A DNA stretch of 63,814 bases from Chlorokybus atmophyticus (taxonomy: Eukaryota > Plantae > Mesostigma and Chlorokybus algae): contig RHPI01000797.1 of assembly GCA_009103225.1 (NCBI GenBank), positions 557,064-620,877 of the forward strand. Direction: 5' to 3'. Position 1 is the stretch's first letter. Each line of letters begins with the position of its first letter. The position numbers were made by a program, and so were the translations under genes. Below, piece after piece: positions 61,449 to 63,814 of the stretch. Below the pieces are notes generated by a model that was given only the letters and a program-made list of their open reading frames with translations, ran no database searches and was not told the origin of the DNA.

Positions 61449-63501
61449 TCAAGGCAGGTCTTGCAGGCGGCGCTTTGGCGGTGGCCCAGCCTGGAACGTC
61501 CGCACCTTCACAAACCTGTCCTCCGGCGTGCTGCACTGCCGCGTGCTCTGCCAACACAACACACGCAACACACACAACTTGTTGCTGTAGCCTCAAACAC
61601 ATCAACAGCTAGGGTTGTGTGCAGGGTATGCGAGCAACTGATACAAGCGTCCTGGTGTGGTCAACTATGTGTCGTCATGTCAAGTGTGCTAAAACATGCT
61701 TCCACAAACACACGCATGTAGGTGACAAGCAATTGTTGTTGTTGTTGCTGCTGCTGTTGTTGTTGTCGCTGTTGTTGTTGTTGTGGTCACAACAACAACA
61801 GACACACGAACAAGTGATTGATGCCAGTCACACCTTCCACGACATGGTAAAAGCTCCCGGGTTGGCCTTGCGGTCGGCCGCAATGCGCTCCAACTTGTTC
61901 GCGATGCCCGACACTCCACCCACAGACCGCACCTAAAACAGTGATACAGTGAACACACACACGCGCGCGCGAGCGCGCTCACGCACACGCGCGGCAATTT
62001 GGTAAACAGGTTGTTGGGTTTCACCTGCGCAAGGAGGTCCTGTCGCGATGACCTGCGCACTCGGGTGCCGGGGTCTGTCGCACGAACAAGCCCACACGAG
62101 TCAGTGCTTGTGTGCTGGTATAACGTGTTGGTTTATACTGACAGTTTGTGCACATGTGATGATGTTGTCATGCGTGTACGACAATCTAGCCACATAACAA
62201 GAGTAAGTGGAGGTGAGCAACACGGCAACAGCCTCGCGCTTATCCTGTATGCATATGGTGTAAGGAATCTGTTGGCCTGGGTTAAGTGGTAGAAGTGTGT
62301 TGAAAACTTGCAACCCACACATAAAATGTGTGCAACTTAGAGCTTGGCGTCCAACTCTTACCGATCATGGGTTCGCTTCGGTCATTCGTAACAACCGTGC
62401 GGCTTGTCCGACGCCCTGAATCAAAGTACTCAGGAGTCAGTATAACCATACATGCTTGCTGCAAGCTGCTACATCAAAGTATCCCGACAAAGTCTTACCT
62501 CGAGTAATCTCCTGCAGCAGCTCTGCGCGCGAGCTCCTCCTCACAACAACTCCAGGCTCTGTTTATGTGGTTGGTTGTTTTTTCCTTTGTTGTGATTGAT
62601 GTTTACTTGCATCAGCAAGCGATTTTCAGAAGTCTGGGTCTCTATGTTACCCTACCGATAATAGGTACGCTGCGGTCGTCTGTTTGCACGCTGCGGCTGC
62701 CTCTCCGTCCTGTCAAGTTATTGCACAATACAAACCTACGTCACATCTTTGCAAGAAAGCCAACAGATCATATGTGCGACAAAGCAAGCATACGTGTGTG
62801 TGCGTTCGTGCGTGCGCATGTATGTGCGTGCAGGCGCGCCTGCGTGCATGAGTGCATGCGTGGGCGCGCGTGTGGGGTTGCCTTTGGGCATTATGCATAA
62901 GTCAACACGTGTTGCTATCAAGTGCACAATGTGGAGTAACCACAGGCACACCTCACCTTTGACCACCACCTCCTGCATCAGGGCACTCCGCACCTGCTGC
63001 TGCCTGCCTGAAAGGAGAGCCAAAACACGACAACAGAAGTATGGGTGTTTTGTTTGTTTAACAAAACCTATCTCTTGCAAGAGTATTGTGACTAACAGTA
63101 CTCTGTGATGCAGCATGTGAGTTGCACAGCCAGTATCACCACCACTGCCGTGAAGTGTTTGCCACTGGCGCTTCAGTAGTCTACAACTGGCATGCTACCA
63201 GCTTCCTGCCTGTAGCATGTGCTGCTGCCAGTAGGCCTACTAGCAGCAGACACCACTGGCAGCCAATTTTGCGGGAGCTACTACGTTTACGCTGCCATTG
63301 TCATCACGATGCTTCCCACAACGTTGATCTGGCAGATCGTATAACCAACCAACACAAGGCTGGATCATGTGTTGTCCTCCACTCGTACTCCTCAAGCTCA
63401 CCTGGATCTGCGTTGCTTCTGCCTGCATTGGTGATCGGCTGCCGTGGAGGTGGACTTACTGTTTTGCGCAGCGCGGGCTTGCTCGCCACCAGCTCCTCCA
63501 T
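61449..63501 (-). CDS. Unidentified multi-exon gene; may extend beyond the window
   Basis: Short exon-like blocks bounded by AG/GT: MEELVASKPALRKT, SNADPGELEEYEWRTTHDP, QQQVRSALMQEVVVKGE, EEELARRAAAGDYSR, PEYFDSGRRTSRTVVTNDRSEPMI, VRSVGGVSGIANKLERIAADRKANPGAF. No family recognised. Confidence 0.4.
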
Positions 63502-63594
63502 GACAGATCTGTTTGTATGCTTTTCAATTGGCTTGCACACACGCAAACAAATACACATACATACCACATGTATACACACGCACGCACATGCGCT

Positions 63595-63814
63595 GAGAGA
63601 GAGAGGGGGAGAGGGAGAGAGAGAGGGTGCGAGAGGGAGAGCGAGCGAGAGAGAGCGGGAGAGAGCGGGAGAGAGCGGGAGAGAGCGCGAGAGGGAGCGA
63701 GAGAGGGAGCGAGAGAGCGAGCGAGCGAGAGCGAGCGAGCGAGAGAGAGCGAGCGAGAGAGAGAGAGAGAGAGAGCGCGAGAGCGAGAGCGAGAGCGAGA
63801 GAGAGAGAGAGAGA
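63595..63814. repeat. Compound (GA)n/(GAGC)n purine-rich microsatellite at the window end
   Basis: Direct reading of the sequence. Confidence 0.95.

Noticed and set aside
1-63814. CRISPR arrays, rRNA genes, intact tRNA genes, prokaryotic operons
   Set aside because: None seen; the only repeat pairs with unique interiors are LTRs with a PBS and PPT, and the genes are spliced eukaryotic genes.

Overview
Eukaryotic, intron-rich nuclear DNA with canonical GT-AG introns and many ...TGCAG acceptors. It is most likely from a flagellated green alga or early streptophyte (inference from an At5g03900-like plastid protein, MNS1, tRNA-iMet-primed chromoviruses and a telo-box). Bases 1-13 kb hold two decayed Ty3/Gypsy chromoviruses in opposite orientation. 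The second (6317-12920) has both LTRs, PBS, PPT and a near-perfect 5-bp TSD, and splits a degenerate C-x4-C...C-x2-H zinc-finger gene. From 16.7 kb to the end is a gene-dense region: full-size ABCG/PDR transporter, SPC24, flavodoxin-like/PNPOx-like fusion, a 441-N gap, tandem cNMP-binding protein, SAM methyltransferase, DLST, two tandem modular metallothioneins, a young TRIM, DUF4188 protein, At5g03900-like protein, BTB protein, MNS1 and an unidentified minus-strand gene. Most notable: (1) a 508-bp TRIM with identical LTRs whose 5' LTR-PBS-internal junction assembles a perfect tRNA-type Pol III A-box/B-box promoter; (2) two metallothioneins built from 9-Cys modules (3 and 2 modules), near a dense GTAC (SBP/CuRE-core) array upstream of the DUF4188 gene; (3) a possible degenerate Dam-like methylase domain between gag and protease of the second chromovirus; (4) an ABCG transporter lacking both Walker A lysines; (5) an intron-containing bacterial-type flavodoxin-PNPOx fusion. 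Family assignments come from motif recognition only; no database searches were run. No rRNA, intact tRNA or CRISPR array was seen.
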